Part shown: piece by piece, positions 24,187 to 24,562 of the stretch | Position numbering within the stretch: the first letter of the stretch is position 1 | How the letters are laid out: each line of letters starts with the position of its first letter | From: a virus | Taxonomy: Duplodnaviria; Caudoviricetes | IMG/VR virus record: IMGVR_UViG_3300025630_000054 | Location: 1-24,562 of that record | Strand: one strand, 5' to 3' | Length of the DNA: 24,562 bases | Made by a program: the position numbers and the translations under genes | Notes under the pieces: model-generated | Told to the model about the DNA's origin: nothing | Databases searched by the model: none | What the model saw: only the letters and a program-made list of their open reading frames with translations

Positions 24187-24562
24187 GAAGCCTCGCCATA
24201 GATATAGTTGCTGACGGCGTAGCGGGCGCAAATGCAGTTGCGGCCACTGCCTCTAAGTACCCGCTTGTACTGTCGGTAGCCCACATGACCTCTATGTGAT
24301 CTCCTGCGGAAAGTTGCAGTATCGCTGACTTTGTAACGACAAGAGTTGATCCATTTTGGTGCAACGTGTTTTCCATTGCAGATTTGGGAACATCTGTGCC
24401 ATTAATTCTAACCCAAAACCACATCCTAACAGTTGAGGCAGATGTTGAGGCCATTTGCATTGAATATGTCACAGAATATTGCCCAGCCTCGTCAACGACC
24501 AAACGCGAAGCTGGCGTGCCGTTCGTTATTCCTTCAGCCAAATCTTCAGTAAACGTCAGCGC
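24179..24562 (-). CDS. partial tail-associated protein, C1q/BclA-like beta-sandwich C-terminus (5' end outside window)
   Basis: Frame is open to the window edge; AGQYSVTYSMQ...LSAGDHIEVMW pattern. Confidence 0.55.
   Translation of the reverse strand, partial: ALTFTEDLAEGITNGTPASRLVVDEAGQYSVTYSMQMASTSASTVRMWFWVRINGTDVPKSAMENTLHQNGSTLVVTKSAILQLSAGDHIEVMWATDSTSGYLEAVAATAFAPATPSATISMARLHG

Overview
The window is part of a tailed dsDNA phage genome, probably podovirus-like; an alphaproteobacterial host is only an inference. Almost every gene is on the minus strand, so transcription runs right to left. In that order come a partial tail-type gene, a GNAT-like protein, four likely DNA-ejection proteins (one with a lysozyme-like domain), portal, scaffold, major capsid, small membrane and lysis genes with an M15-type endolysin, and one plus-strand PD-(D/E)XK nuclease. 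Next are small early genes and a replication/recombination module: RHH regulator, RuvC-like resolvase, exonuclease VIII-like nuclease, putative SSB and a TOPRIM primase-SF4 helicase followed by an iteron-like origin. The main find is a ~1.7-kb cassette at 7035-8737. It holds an uncharacterised 176-aa gene, an array of eight stem-loop units each carrying two unique 9-nt spacers (7767-8197), and a nuclease-less IS110/Nop-domain protein (7040-7744). This fits a TIGR-Tas-like (TasA-type) RNA-guided system with a candidate partner protein, bracketed by a 9-bp direct repeat. The left end also carries a near-canonical XerC/XerD dif site (58-85) next to IHF-like and other palindromic sites. All family assignments come from motifs recognised by eye; no searches were run.
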